From contig JBBDHW010000022.1 in NCBI GenBank assembly GCA_040880805.1, positions 1 through 54,179 of the forward strand: a stretch of DNA of 54,179 bases. The letters run 5' to 3'. A model generated the notes under the pieces. It made no database searches and was not told the DNA's origin. It was given only the letters and a program-made list of their open reading frames with translations. The position numbers and the translations under genes are program-made. Below, in pieces: positions 21,091 to 29,553 of this stretch (positions are counted from its first letter, which is position 1; every line of letters starts with the position of its first letter). The DNA is from Acidimicrobiia bacterium (GTDB lineage Bacteria > Actinomycetota > Acidimicrobiia > IMCC26256 > DASPTH01).

Positions 21091-21437
21091 AGGTCGACGC
21101 GCTCGTTGTAGAAGCACAGGAGCTCGGTGATGGGCTCCATGCCGGAGATCGGCGCTTCGTAGCTCCACACAAGATTCTTGTGGTGCACGTCGCCGAGCAC
21201 GACCGACCAGTACGACGCATCTCCCTTGAACGGACACGTCGAGCTGTTGTCGGTGGCGACGAGGAACTCCGTGTTCACGTCGTCGGGCGGAAAGTAGTAG
21301 CGCGGAGTGATCGCGCCTTCGCGCAGCACTCGCGCGCGGGACGACTCGGCGAGGACCGTGCCGTCGACCTCGACACGCACGACGTCGTCGACGTCTTCCA
21401 CGGTGATGTGATGCGGGTTCGCGCTCGTCTCGGTCAT
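21063..21437 (-). CDS. DUF427-domain protein
   Basis: Similar to DUF427 (YFPPDDV...CPFKG...SYEAP). The start is taken at MTETS. Confidence 0.65.
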   Translation of the reverse strand: MTETSANPHHITVEDVDDVVRVEVDGTVLAESSRARVLREGAITPRYYFPPDDVNTEFLVATDNSSTCPFKGDASYWSVVLGDVHHKNLVWSYEAPISGMEPITELLCFYNERVDLYVGGELQA

Positions 21438-21462
21438 CTCTCCCCGCTCTCCGCACGTGGGA

Positions 21463-22428
21463 TCATGGGCAGGCTCCACCCCACGGGCCGGCACCCTGCC
21501 ACTGGTAGAGCGCCCACGCTACGTCGTCCTGGTCGTAGGGCGTCGCGAGGTTCGCCGGGACCCCCACGAGATTCGTGCGTCCCGCGTGGTTCGCGGCGCC
21601 GTTCCACGTTGCCTGGAGGAACTGGTAGGCGCCGAGGTACGGACCTGCCGGATTCACTGCGCGGTAGTTGCCCCCGCTCTCGCGCGTCCGCACGCAGGTG
21701 AGGAAGGGGTCGACGTGCTTGGGGTGGACACCCGGCGTTCCCTGGTAGTTGGGGGGCGGGGCCGGCGTCACGACCTTTGGCGGTGGGGCAGTCGTGGTGG
21801 GCAACGTGCTGTCCGGCGGTGCGGCCGTCGTCGCCGGCGCCGCGATGGTTTGGGCCGCGAGCCGTGCCTGCTCCTGCTCCTGCTGCTGCTGCTGCTGCTG
21901 CTGCGCGAGCGCGAGTTTCGCCTCCATCGCCGTGCTCTGCTCGTGGAGCGAGTCGAGGGCGTCGGCCTGCGCCTTGCGGTCGGCCTCGAGTGCGCGGCGC
22001 CTCATGCTCAGCGCCTTGGTGGTCGCGCGCAGCCGGGAGTAGATCGCCTGATCGCGCTCGTTCACGTGGTCGATGAGCCGAACCCGGCGCGCGGCTGCGA
22101 GCGAGTCATGACTGTCCACGATGCTCGACAACTGCGCGGAAGATGTCCGGTACGCCGACACCGCTCGATCGCGAGCGTCGGCCCGTGCTCTGCGTGCACC
22201 CGCCGCGAGCGCGGCAACCACCTTCCGGTTCGCCGTGATCTCGCGATCGAGGGTCGCGTATCGCGCGAGCGCGTCGAAGTAGCGACCCGCGATGGCGTCG
22301 GCTTGCGAGCGCAGCGCGGCGATACTCTGCTCGCCGTCCGCGTCGGCCGCGCGCGCGGGCCCACCGACCAGCGGCAACGCGAGGAGCGCAATGACGGCGA
22401 CGATCGTCGCGCGCGTAGGGACGAGCAT
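21463..22428 (-). CDS. Secreted coiled-coil protein with a C-terminal transglycosylase-like (Rpf-like) domain and a polyQ tract
   Basis: Signal peptide and a long Ala/Arg/Asp coiled coil. The C-terminal RESGGNYRAVNPAGPYLGAYQF..TW resembles the Rpf / transglycosylase-like domain. Confidence 0.65.
   Translation of the reverse strand: MLVPTRATIVAVIALLALPLVGGPARAADADGEQSIAALRSQADAIAGRYFDALARYATLDREITANRKVVAALAAGARRARADARDRAVSAYRTSSAQLSSIVDSHDSLAAARRVRLIDHVNERDQAIYSRLRATTKALSMRRRALEADRKAQADALDSLHEQSTAMEAKLALAQQQQQQQQEQEQARLAAQTIAAPATTAAPPDSTLPTTTAPPPKVVTPAPPPNYQGTPGVHPKHVDPFLTCVRTRESGGNYRAVNPAGPYLGAYQFLQATWNGAANHAGRTNLVGVPANLATPYDQDDVAWALYQWQGAGPWGGACP
21868..21903. repeat. Trinucleotide repeat (CTG/CTC)12, encoding QQQQQQQQEQEQ on the minus strand
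   Basis: ctgctcctgctcctg(ctg)7 seen directly in the sequence. It is a slippage-prone tract inside a coding sequence. Confidence 0.85.
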
Positions 22429-22467
22429 CTTCTGCGGGATCGCAACACGGTAGCGTCAGTCTTCTTG

Positions 22468-23139
22468 GTGACCGAGCCAGCGCCGACCCGGTGGGCGCTC
22501 CCGTCACCCCGGGAGCCTGTCGACGGCGAGATCGTGGGGATCGGGGCGGATCTCGAGCCGGGCACGCTCCTGGGCGCCTACCGCACCGGGCTGTTCCCGA
22601 TGCGCCTGCGCGCGCAAGGCCCGCTCGCGTGGTGGTCGCCTGACCCGCGTGGAGTGATCCCGCTCGACGCCCTGCACGTGAGCCGATCGCTGCGCCGTTC
22701 GTGCCGGCCCTTCGAGATACGTGTCGATTCCGCGTTCGAAGCAGTCATGCGCGCGTGCGCGGACCCGCGACGTCCACACGGTTGGATCGACGAGCAGTTC
22801 GTCACTGCGTACGTCGCGTTGCACCGCCTCGGGTGGGCACACAGCGTCGAGGCGTGGCGCGACGACGAGCTCGCGGGCGGACTCTACGGAGTGGCGATCG
22901 GCGGGCTCTTCGCAGCCGAGTCGAAGTTCCACCGCGAGCGCGACGCGTCGAAGGTCGCGCTCGTCGGGCTTGTCGACGTCATGCGCGCCGGGGGTGCAAC
23001 GTTGCTCGACGTGCAGTGGACCACGCCGCATCTCGAGTCGCTCGGCGCGGTCGACGTGCCGCGCGACGAGTACCTCCGCCGACTCGAAGCCGCGATCGCC
23101 CTGCCGCAGCCCGAGGTGTTCTCGGGTGTCCCCGAGTAG
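22468..23139 (+). CDS. aat: Leucyl/phenylalanyl-tRNA--protein transferase
   Basis: WWSPDPR, GGLYGVAIG and ESKFHRERDASKVALV motifs align with E. coli Aat. GTG/TTG start. Confidence 0.85.
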   Translation: MTEPAPTRWALPSPREPVDGEIVGIGADLEPGTLLGAYRTGLFPMRLRAQGPLAWWSPDPRGVIPLDALHVSRSLRRSCRPFEIRVDSAFEAVMRACADPRRPHGWIDEQFVTAYVALHRLGWAHSVEAWRDDELAGGLYGVAIGGLFAAESKFHRERDASKVALVGLVDVMRAGGATLLDVQWTTPHLESLGAVDVPRDEYLRRLEAAIALPQPEVFSGVPE

Positions 23140-23150
23140 ATTCCCGAACC

Positions 23151-23561
23151 ATGGACGAGCCCAAAGAAGACATGCCGAGAGAAGACATGCCCAGAGAAGA
23201 CATGCCCGGAGAAGACATGATCGTGTACTTCAACCCGGTCTGCAGCAAAGCGCGCGGCGCGGTCGAGATCCTGCAGGACAAGGGCGCCCACTTCGAGGTG
23301 ATCGAGTACCTGAAGGAGCTGCCGAGTCGTGCCGACCTCGAGCGCATCGTCGACGCGATCCCTGACCCCCCGTCGGCACTGGTCCGCAAGGACAAGCGCT
23401 TCAAGGAGCTCGGTCTCGACGAGGGTGACTACGAGACCATGGAGCAGGTCGTCGCCGTGCTGCTCGCGCACCCCGAGCTCATGGAGCGCCCCGTGGTGTT
23501 CCACGGCGATCGCGCCCTCATCTGCCGCCCCAGCGAGAAGGTCCTCGAACTCCTCGACTGA
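23151..23561 (+). CDS. ArsC/Spx-family protein (arsenate reductase-like thioredoxin fold) with an N-terminal (PREDM)3 repeat
   Basis: IVYFNPVCSKARGAVEILQDKG is typical of the ArsC/Spx/YffB family. The N-terminus is encoded by a 15-bp tandem repeat (23167-23215). Confidence 0.7.
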   Translation: MDEPKEDMPREDMPREDMPGEDMIVYFNPVCSKARGAVEILQDKGAHFEVIEYLKELPSRADLERIVDAIPDPPSALVRKDKRFKELGLDEGDYETMEQVVAVLLAHPELMERPVVFHGDRALICRPSEKVLELLD

Positions 23562-23570
23562 CTTCTCCTA

Positions 23571-23623
23571 CGAACCGGCGTCAGCAGACCTCGGCGCTAT
23601 CCGCGGCCTACTGACGCCGGTTC
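23571..23623. terminator. 14-bp perfect stem hairpin between convergent genes (cgaaccggcgtcag ... ctgacgccggttcg), likely a bidirectional terminator
   Basis: Perfect inverted repeat with a 25-nt loop that itself contains a short hairpin. It overlaps the last codons of mmpL. Confidence 0.5.
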
Positions 23624-25828
23624 GGGATGGGGCTGGGGTTGGGGATTCGGCGCGGGTTTCGCTGCGCTGTCGATGTCGAGGCGGGGCAGCCAGGAGAGCC
23701 ACTTGGGGAACCACCAGTTCGCGTCGCCGAGGATCTCCATGATCGAGGGCACGAGCATCATGCGCACGATCGTCGCGTCGACGAGCACTGCGAACGCGAG
23801 GCCCAAGCCGAACATCTTTACTTCCGGTGTGAGGTTGGCGATGAACGCGCCGAACACGAAGATCATGATCAGCGCGGCCGACGTGATGACACGCGCCGTG
23901 CGTGCCAGCCCGAGCACAACGGCCTGACGAGTGTTGCCACTCAGGTCGTACTCCTCGCGGATGCGCGTGAGCAGGAACACCTGGTAGTCCATCGAGAGCC
24001 CGAACAGCACCGCGAACATCATCATGGGTATGAACGGCACGATGGGCACCGTGCTCTCGAGCCCGATGACGTCCTTGGCCCAGCCCCACTGGAACACCGC
24101 CACCGTCACTCCGTACGCCGCGGCGACCGACAGCAGGTTCATCACCGCGGCGGTGAGCGGCACGAGCACCGAATGGAACACCAGCATGAGCAGCAGGAAC
24201 GAGAACAGCACGACGGCGCCGATGAAGTAGGGGAGCCGGTCGCTGATCCGGTTGCCGATGTCGATGTAGGCGGCGGTGAGCCCGCCGACGTACGCTTGCG
24301 CGCCGCCCGTGGCGATGACCGCCGGGAGCACGCTGCTCCGCAGTTCCTCCACGAGTGCGGATGTCTGCGGGCTTTCGGGTGAGGTCTTGGGGAAAACCGT
24401 GAGGACCGCGACCCGCGGGCCCGTTGTGTTCGGGCTGAGGTCGGGTGGAAGGACGTCGGCGACGTTGCTGTTCTTCGAAATTGCCTGGGAGATGCTCGTG
24501 AGCAGCTCGGTGTCGTTCGCCGTGGGGAGCTGCACGACCACGAGCAACGGACCGTTCGTTCCCGCGCCGAAGCCGTCGGCGATGAGGTCGTAGGCCTGGC
24601 GCTGGGTGGTCGAGGTGGGCAGGTTGCCGTCGTCGGACTCGCCGAGCCGCATGCTCAGCACCGGCCACGCCAGCAGGAGGAGGATCGCGATGCCCACGAT
24701 CGCGAACCCCCAGGCGTGACGCGCCACCGTGGTGGCCCAGCGGGCCCAGATCGACTCCGTTTGTGAATGGCCGGATCGATCGTGATGATGGAACGGGCTG
24801 GGGACGCGCCACCGGTCGATCGACTTTCCCACGAGACCGATCATCGCTGGGAGCAGGGTCATCGCGGCGATCATCATCACGACCACGACGAGCGCCGACA
24901 TGTAACCGAGCTTGGCGACGTAGGGGATCCCCGAGATCGCGAGACCGCAGATCGCGATCACCACTGTGCAGCCCGCGAAGAGCACTGCTTGACCTGCGGT
25001 CGCGACCGAGTGTCCCGCCGCCGCCTCGATCGTCATACCGTCGGCCACGTTCTCGCGGTAACGAGTGATGATGAACAGCGAGTAGTCGATGCCCACGCCG
25101 AGCCCGATCATCGTGGCGAGTATGGGTGCGAGCGTGCCGATCGTCGTGACGGCCGCGATCACGTGGATCAGCGCGATGCCCACGCCGAGCCCGAAGAGCG
25201 CCGTGAGAATCGGAAGCCCCATCGCGACGACGGATCCGAACGCGAACAGCAGGATCACCACCGCAGCCATGATGCCGACGAGGTCGGCGTTGCCCTGCGG
25301 TGGACGGTTCGAGTAGTCGACGACCGCGCCGCCGTACGCAAGCCGCACTCCGGCCTTCGCCGCGGGCTCGGTGGCCTGTTGCAGTTGCTTGTACGCGTCG
25401 AGCCCGACGTCTTGCACCTGCGTGTCGTATTGCACGGTGACGAGGCCGATCTTCCCTGCGTACGGCTCCTTCTTGGCGGTGATCAAGGCGCCGACGCTCG
25501 CGACGTGCGGCAGTTTCCCAAGTGCCGTAATGCTCGACTGGATCGGCGGCTGTACCTGCGGGTTGTCGAGTCCCGGTTGCGCATCGAACACGACGGTGGC
25601 GGTTGCGCCCGCCTGGGTGGGGAACCGCGTCTCGAGGAGATCGAGGGCCTGCTGCGATTGTGCGCCGGGGATCTGGAAGCTGTCGTTGGTCTGGCCGTCG
25701 AGACCGGCGGCGACGAAAACGGCGACGACGGCCGCGACGAACCATGCGCCGATGAACCACCAGTGGTGCCGTGCGGCATTTCGCCCGAGCCGGTCGAGGA
25801 AGCGCGACAAGCGGGACTCTCCTCTCAC
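23597..25828 (-). CDS. MMPL-family (RND superfamily) transporter
   Basis: Twelve TM helices plus two extracytoplasmic domains, with an MmpL-like N-terminus (RLSRFLDRLGRNAARHHWWFIGAWFV). The start is taken at GTG (VRGES), not the ORF's upstream ATG. Confidence 0.8.
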   Translation of the reverse strand: MRGESRLSRFLDRLGRNAARHHWWFIGAWFVAAVVAVFVAAGLDGQTNDSFQIPGAQSQQALDLLETRFPTQAGATATVVFDAQPGLDNPQVQPPIQSSITALGKLPHVASVGALITAKKEPYAGKIGLVTVQYDTQVQDVGLDAYKQLQQATEPAAKAGVRLAYGGAVVDYSNRPPQGNADLVGIMAAVVILLFAFGSVVAMGLPILTALFGLGVGIALIHVIAAVTTIGTLAPILATMIGLGVGIDYSLFIITRYRENVADGMTIEAAAGHSVATAGQAVLFAGCTVVIAICGLAISGIPYVAKLGYMSALVVVVMMIAAMTLLPAMIGLVGKSIDRWRVPSPFHHHDRSGHSQTESIWARWATTVARHAWGFAIVGIAILLLLAWPVLSMRLGESDDGNLPTSTTQRQAYDLIADGFGAGTNGPLLVVVQLPTANDTELLTSISQAISKNSNVADVLPPDLSPNTTGPRVAVLTVFPKTSPESPQTSALVEELRSSVLPAVIATGGAQAYVGGLTAAYIDIGNRISDRLPYFIGAVVLFSFLLLMLVFHSVLVPLTAAVMNLLSVAAAYGVTVAVFQWGWAKDVIGLESTVPIVPFIPMMMFAVLFGLSMDYQVFLLTRIREEYDLSGNTRQAVVLGLARTARVITSAALIMIFVFGAFIANLTPEVKMFGLGLAFAVLVDATIVRMMLVPSIMEILGDANWWFPKWLSWLPRLDIDSAAKPAPNPQPQPHPEPASVGRG

Positions 25829-25940
25829 CCTCCGCCCCGATCGCGACGCCGAGGCTAGGCCCGCGCGACCATGGATGCGCGGGACCCTTCGATATCGGTC
25901 CCCGCGCGTCTCTACTTGACGACTGAAGGATTCGCCTAAG

Positions 25941-26972
25941 CTGACCGCCGCTCTGGACGCAATACCGCGTGACGCATTCGCCGGTCGTCGGTGCCTGGTT
26001 ACGGGCGGCCTCGGCTTCATCGGATCGAACCTCGCCCTGGCTCTGGTGCGTCAGGGGGCGGCGGTGACGGTCCTCGACGCGCGCGTGCCACGCCACGGCG
26101 CCAACCCGTGGAACCTGGTGCCCGACGGCGGCACGGAGCCCGACGCGAGGATCACGGTGCTCGATGCCGATCTCGCCGACGTCGAGCGACCCGAGGTGAG
26201 GGCCGTAGCGCAGGGTGCCGAAGTTGTGTTCAACCTCGCCGGCCAGGTGAGCCACGTCGACTCGATGAACGACCCGCTGTTCGACCTCCAGTCGAACACC
26301 ACGAGCCAGTTCGCGTTCCTCGACTTCCTTCGGCGCGAGAACCTGTCGACGCGAGTCGTGTTCACGTCGACTCGCCAGCTGTTCGGCAAGCCGCGCTACC
26401 TCCCCGTCGACGAGGAACATCCCGTCGCGCCCGTCGACGTGAACGGCATCACGAAGTACGCGACCGAGCAGCTGCATCTCCTCTATCACGAGGTCTACGG
26501 TCTCCCCGCGTGCGCGGTCCGGCTCACCAACGTGTATGGACCACGTCAGCGCCTGCGTGACGAGTTCCAGGGCTTCCTCCCGATCTTCGTTCGGCGCGCG
26601 CTCGACGGCGATGTGATCACCGTGTTCGGCGACGGCCGCCAGGAACGCGACTGCCTGTTCGTCGACGACGTGGTGGAGTGCCTCCTTCTCGCCGCGATCG
26701 CGCCCGACGCGCCCGGGCAGCTCTTCAATGTGGGGAACGACGAGCACCTCGAACTCCGCGTCATCGCCGAGGCGATCGTGCGCGCGGCGGGGTCGGGTCG
26801 GGTGGAGCACGTCGAGTGGCCCTCCGACCGCGACTCCATCGACATCGGTTCGTACTTCGGCGACTCGTCCAAGGCGAAGCGCATGCTCGGCTGGGAGCCG
26901 CGCACGGCGTTCACGGAGGGAATCGAGCGGACGATCGCGTTTTACCGTTCGCGCCGTTCGTGGTACCGGTGA
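25941..26972 (+). CDS. NAD-dependent epimerase/dehydratase (nucleotide-sugar modifying, extended SDR); start codon uncertain
   Basis: TGGLGFIGSNL Rossmann motif 27 codons upstream of the ORF-track GTG (26046), so the gene must start earlier. Only CTG codons are in frame after the upstream stop (25917-25919). Confidence 0.7.
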   Translation: MTAALDAIPRDAFAGRRCLVTGGLGFIGSNLALALVRQGAAVTVLDARVPRHGANPWNLVPDGGTEPDARITVLDADLADVERPEVRAVAQGAEVVFNLAGQVSHVDSMNDPLFDLQSNTTSQFAFLDFLRRENLSTRVVFTSTRQLFGKPRYLPVDEEHPVAPVDVNGITKYATEQLHLLYHEVYGLPACAVRLTNVYGPRQRLRDEFQGFLPIFVRRALDGDVITVFGDGRQERDCLFVDDVVECLLLAAIAPDAPGQLFNVGNDEHLELRVIAEAIVRAAGSGRVEHVEWPSDRDSIDIGSYFGDSSKAKRMLGWEPRTAFTEGIERTIAFYRSRRSWYR

Positions 26973-28009
26973 CCACGTCGACGAAGGTCCCCGTCGTCGA
27001 CCTCGCGCGGCGCGCGGCCGCGCTCGAACCCGAGTTGTCGGAGGCGGTCGGCCGCGTGGTGCGGTCGGGGCACTACCTCCTCGGGCCCGAGCTCGAGGCG
27101 TTCGAAGCGGAGTTCGCGGCGTTCACCGGCCGGCTTCATGCCGTCGGCGTCGCATCCGGCAGCGACGCGCTGCGGCTCGCGCTGATCGCGCTCGGCGTCG
27201 GGCCCGGTCACGAGGTGATCGTGCCCGCGTTCACCGCGGTTCCGACCGCCGCCGCAGTGTGCGCGGCGGGCGCGGTTCCCGTACTCGTCGACGTCGATCC
27301 CGACACCGCGGTGATCGATCCCGACTCGGCCGCCGCGGCCGTGACCCCGCGCACGGGCGCGGTCATCCCGGTGCACCTTTACGGTCGCCCTGCGCCGATC
27401 CCCGAGCTCGGGGTGCCCGTGCTCGAAGACGGCGCCCAGGCGCATGGCGCACTGGATCCGGCTTCGGGCTCGGCGGCGGCGGCGTACAGCTTCTATCCCA
27501 CCAAGAACCTCGGTGGCATCGGCGACGGTGGCGCGGTCGTCACCGACGACGACGACCTCGCGGCCACGGTACGGCTGCTCCGCGCGCACGGCGTCACGGA
27601 TGCGTATACGCACGTCCGCATCTCCACGAATGCGCGTATGTCCGAGATCGAAGCCGCCGCGCTGCGGGTCGGGCTGCGCCGGCTCGCCGCGCAGAACGAG
27701 CGCCGTCGGGAGATCGCGGCGCGCTACCGCGACGCCGCACCCGATCTCCGGTGGCAGTCGCCGCACGAGCACCACGTGTACCACCTGTGCGTGTCGCGCG
27801 TCCCTGATCGTGATGCGTTCCGCGCGCGGATGCCGTTCGGCACTGGCGTGCACTACCCGCGAGCGCTTACAGAGCAGCCCGCGTACCTGCAGTTCGTCAG
27901 CGCTCCCTGCCCCGAAGCCGAGGCGTGGGCGGCGGAGTGTGTGTCGCTCCCGTGCTTCCCCGAGATGACCGACGACGAGATCGGGGTGGTGTGTCGAGCA
28001 CTCCCCTGA
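26969..28009 (+). CDS. DegT/DnrJ/EryC1/StrS-family aminotransferase (nucleotide-sugar aminotransferase)
   Basis: PLP-dependent fold with a Lys-containing motif (FYPTKNLGGIGDGGAV). GTG start overlaps the epimerase stop (GTGA). Confidence 0.85.
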   Translation: MTTSTKVPVVDLARRAAALEPELSEAVGRVVRSGHYLLGPELEAFEAEFAAFTGRLHAVGVASGSDALRLALIALGVGPGHEVIVPAFTAVPTAAAVCAAGAVPVLVDVDPDTAVIDPDSAAAAVTPRTGAVIPVHLYGRPAPIPELGVPVLEDGAQAHGALDPASGSAAAAYSFYPTKNLGGIGDGGAVVTDDDDLAATVRLLRAHGVTDAYTHVRISTNARMSEIEAAALRVGLRRLAAQNERRREIAARYRDAAPDLRWQSPHEHHVYHLCVSRVPDRDAFRARMPFGTGVHYPRALTEQPAYLQFVSAPCPEAEAWAAECVSLPCFPEMTDDEIGVVCRALP

Positions 28010-28728
28010 ACCCGGCGGTCGAGGCCATTTCTGCGTTCTTTCCCTGTTACAACGACGAGGCGACGATCGCCTCGATGGTGCGGCTCGCGGTGTCGACGTT
28101 CGAGCGCGTCGGCGTGTGCGATGCCGAAGTCATCGTCATCGACGACGGATCGTTCGACAATTCGCCAAAGGTGCTCGCCGAGCTCGTCACCGAGGAGCCG
28201 CTGCTGCGCGTCGTCACGCACGACCAGAACCGCGGCTACGGGGGAGCGTTGTTGTCGGGCTTCGCCAACGCGACCAAGCAGTGGGTCTTCTACACGGACG
28301 GTGACGGTCAGTTCGATCCCGCCGAGCTCGAGCTCTTGGTGCGGAACGGGTCTGACGATGTCGACGTCGTGCAGGGCTACAAGCTGCGTCGAGCCGACGG
28401 CGTGCTCCGGCGCGTGATCGGCCGCCTCTACCACCGATTTGTGGCGTTCTTCTTCGGGCTGCGGATCCGCGACACCGACTGCGACTTCCGGCTGATCCGC
28501 CGCAGCTCGCTCGACCAGATCGAGCTCGTGCACACCACGGGCGTGATCTGCGTGGAGCTCGTGCGCAAGCTCCAGGACTCCGGAGCACGATTCACCGAGG
28601 TGGGTGTCCACCATTACCGTCGCGTCTACGGCAAGTCGGAGTTTTTCCGCCTTCCTGCGATCGCCCGCACGCTCTGGGCCCTCGCGGGCTTGTGGGTGGG
28701 CCTCGTCGTACTGCGGCGCGGCCGCTGA
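27991..28728 (+). CDS. Family 2 glycosyltransferase (Dpm1/GtrB-like polyprenol-phosphate sugar synthase)
   Basis: DxD-type motifs VIVIDDGS and YTDGDGQ. The 246-aa size is typical of polyprenyl-phosphate glycosyltransferases. Confidence 0.75.
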   Translation: MSSTPLNPAVEAISAFFPCYNDEATIASMVRLAVSTFERVGVCDAEVIVIDDGSFDNSPKVLAELVTEEPLLRVVTHDQNRGYGGALLSGFANATKQWVFYTDGDGQFDPAELELLVRNGSDDVDVVQGYKLRRADGVLRRVIGRLYHRFVAFFFGLRIRDTDCDFRLIRRSSLDQIELVHTTGVICVELVRKLQDSGARFTEVGVHHYRRVYGKSEFFRLPAIARTLWALAGLWVGLVVLRRGR

Positions 28729-28776
28729 CATACGGGTCGCTCAGGCGAATCGGGGATAACCCCGCCCCCTTCGCTC

Positions 28777-29526
28777 TTAGCGCGATCCCCGAGACGCCAC
28801 GACGATCACCGACGTGCCGAATGGCATGTCCCGACGCGACAGCACGCGCCGCTCGGCCTTTGCCAGCGGCGCGAACACGCGGTCGAGCGAGCGGCGCGCC
28901 ACGTCGGACTCCGTCGAGGTTGCGGTTGCCGTCGCGGTCGCCGGGCGTCGCATCCGTTCGAGCCCACCGAGAACCGCGGCGGGCGGAGCGAGGAACGAGT
29001 AGGCGTACGTCGAGCGCTGCACGGTCAGGCCGTTGTCGCGTGCCAGTTCCACGAGCTCCGCCCGTCGGTAGCGCCGCTGTCCGTGCACTGTCACGTCGTG
29101 CTCGCGCCGGAGCGACTCGAAGGCGGGCTCGAGCAGCAACAGCACACCGCCGGGCGCGAGCACACGCGCCAGCTCACGGAACGCGAGCACGTCGTCGTGG
29201 ACGGTGTACAGCACGGTGATGCCCATCACCGCGTCGAAGCTCCGGTCGGGGAAGGGGAGCGCCTCGAGCGACCCTTGCACCGGACGCATCTGTGGCCGGC
29301 GCGCGCGGACGAACGCAAGCGCGTCAGACGACACGTCGATCCCGACGAGGGTGCCGTATTGCGCGAGCCACGCCCCGTTTCCCCCCGGTCCGCATCCCGC
29401 GTCGAGGATGCGACGGGCATCGGACAGGCGGGACGCCAGGAGATCAGCCGCCAGTGCCCGCGTGTTGCGGTACCACCAGTGCTCGTCCTCGGCCGTCGCA
29501 ATGCGCGCGTACTCCTCGACCTCCAC
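28777..29526 (-). CDS. Class I SAM-dependent methyltransferase (type 11)
   Basis: LDAGCGPGGNGAWL motif I and an acidic post-I motif. It lies 27 nt downstream of the HTH/acidic-linker gene. Confidence 0.8.
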   Translation of the reverse strand: MEVEEYARIATAEDEHWWYRNTRALAADLLASRLSDARRILDAGCGPGGNGAWLAQYGTLVGIDVSSDALAFVRARRPQMRPVQGSLEALPFPDRSFDAVMGITVLYTVHDDVLAFRELARVLAPGGVLLLLEPAFESLRREHDVTVHGQRRYRRAELVELARDNGLTVQRSTYAYSFLAPPAAVLGGLERMRRPATATATATSTESDVARRSLDRVFAPLAKAERRVLSRRDMPFGTSVIVVASRGSR

Positions 29527-29553
29527 TGGCCGGGAGGGTACCGCCGACGCGAA

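Noticed and set aside
23568-26810. 1080-aa minus-strand ORF, very Arg/Gly/Pro-rich
   Set aside because: It is an alternative frame over the MmpL gene and intergenic DNA. The composition is typical of GC-driven spurious ORFs. The MmpL frame (23597..25828) has clear transporter features.
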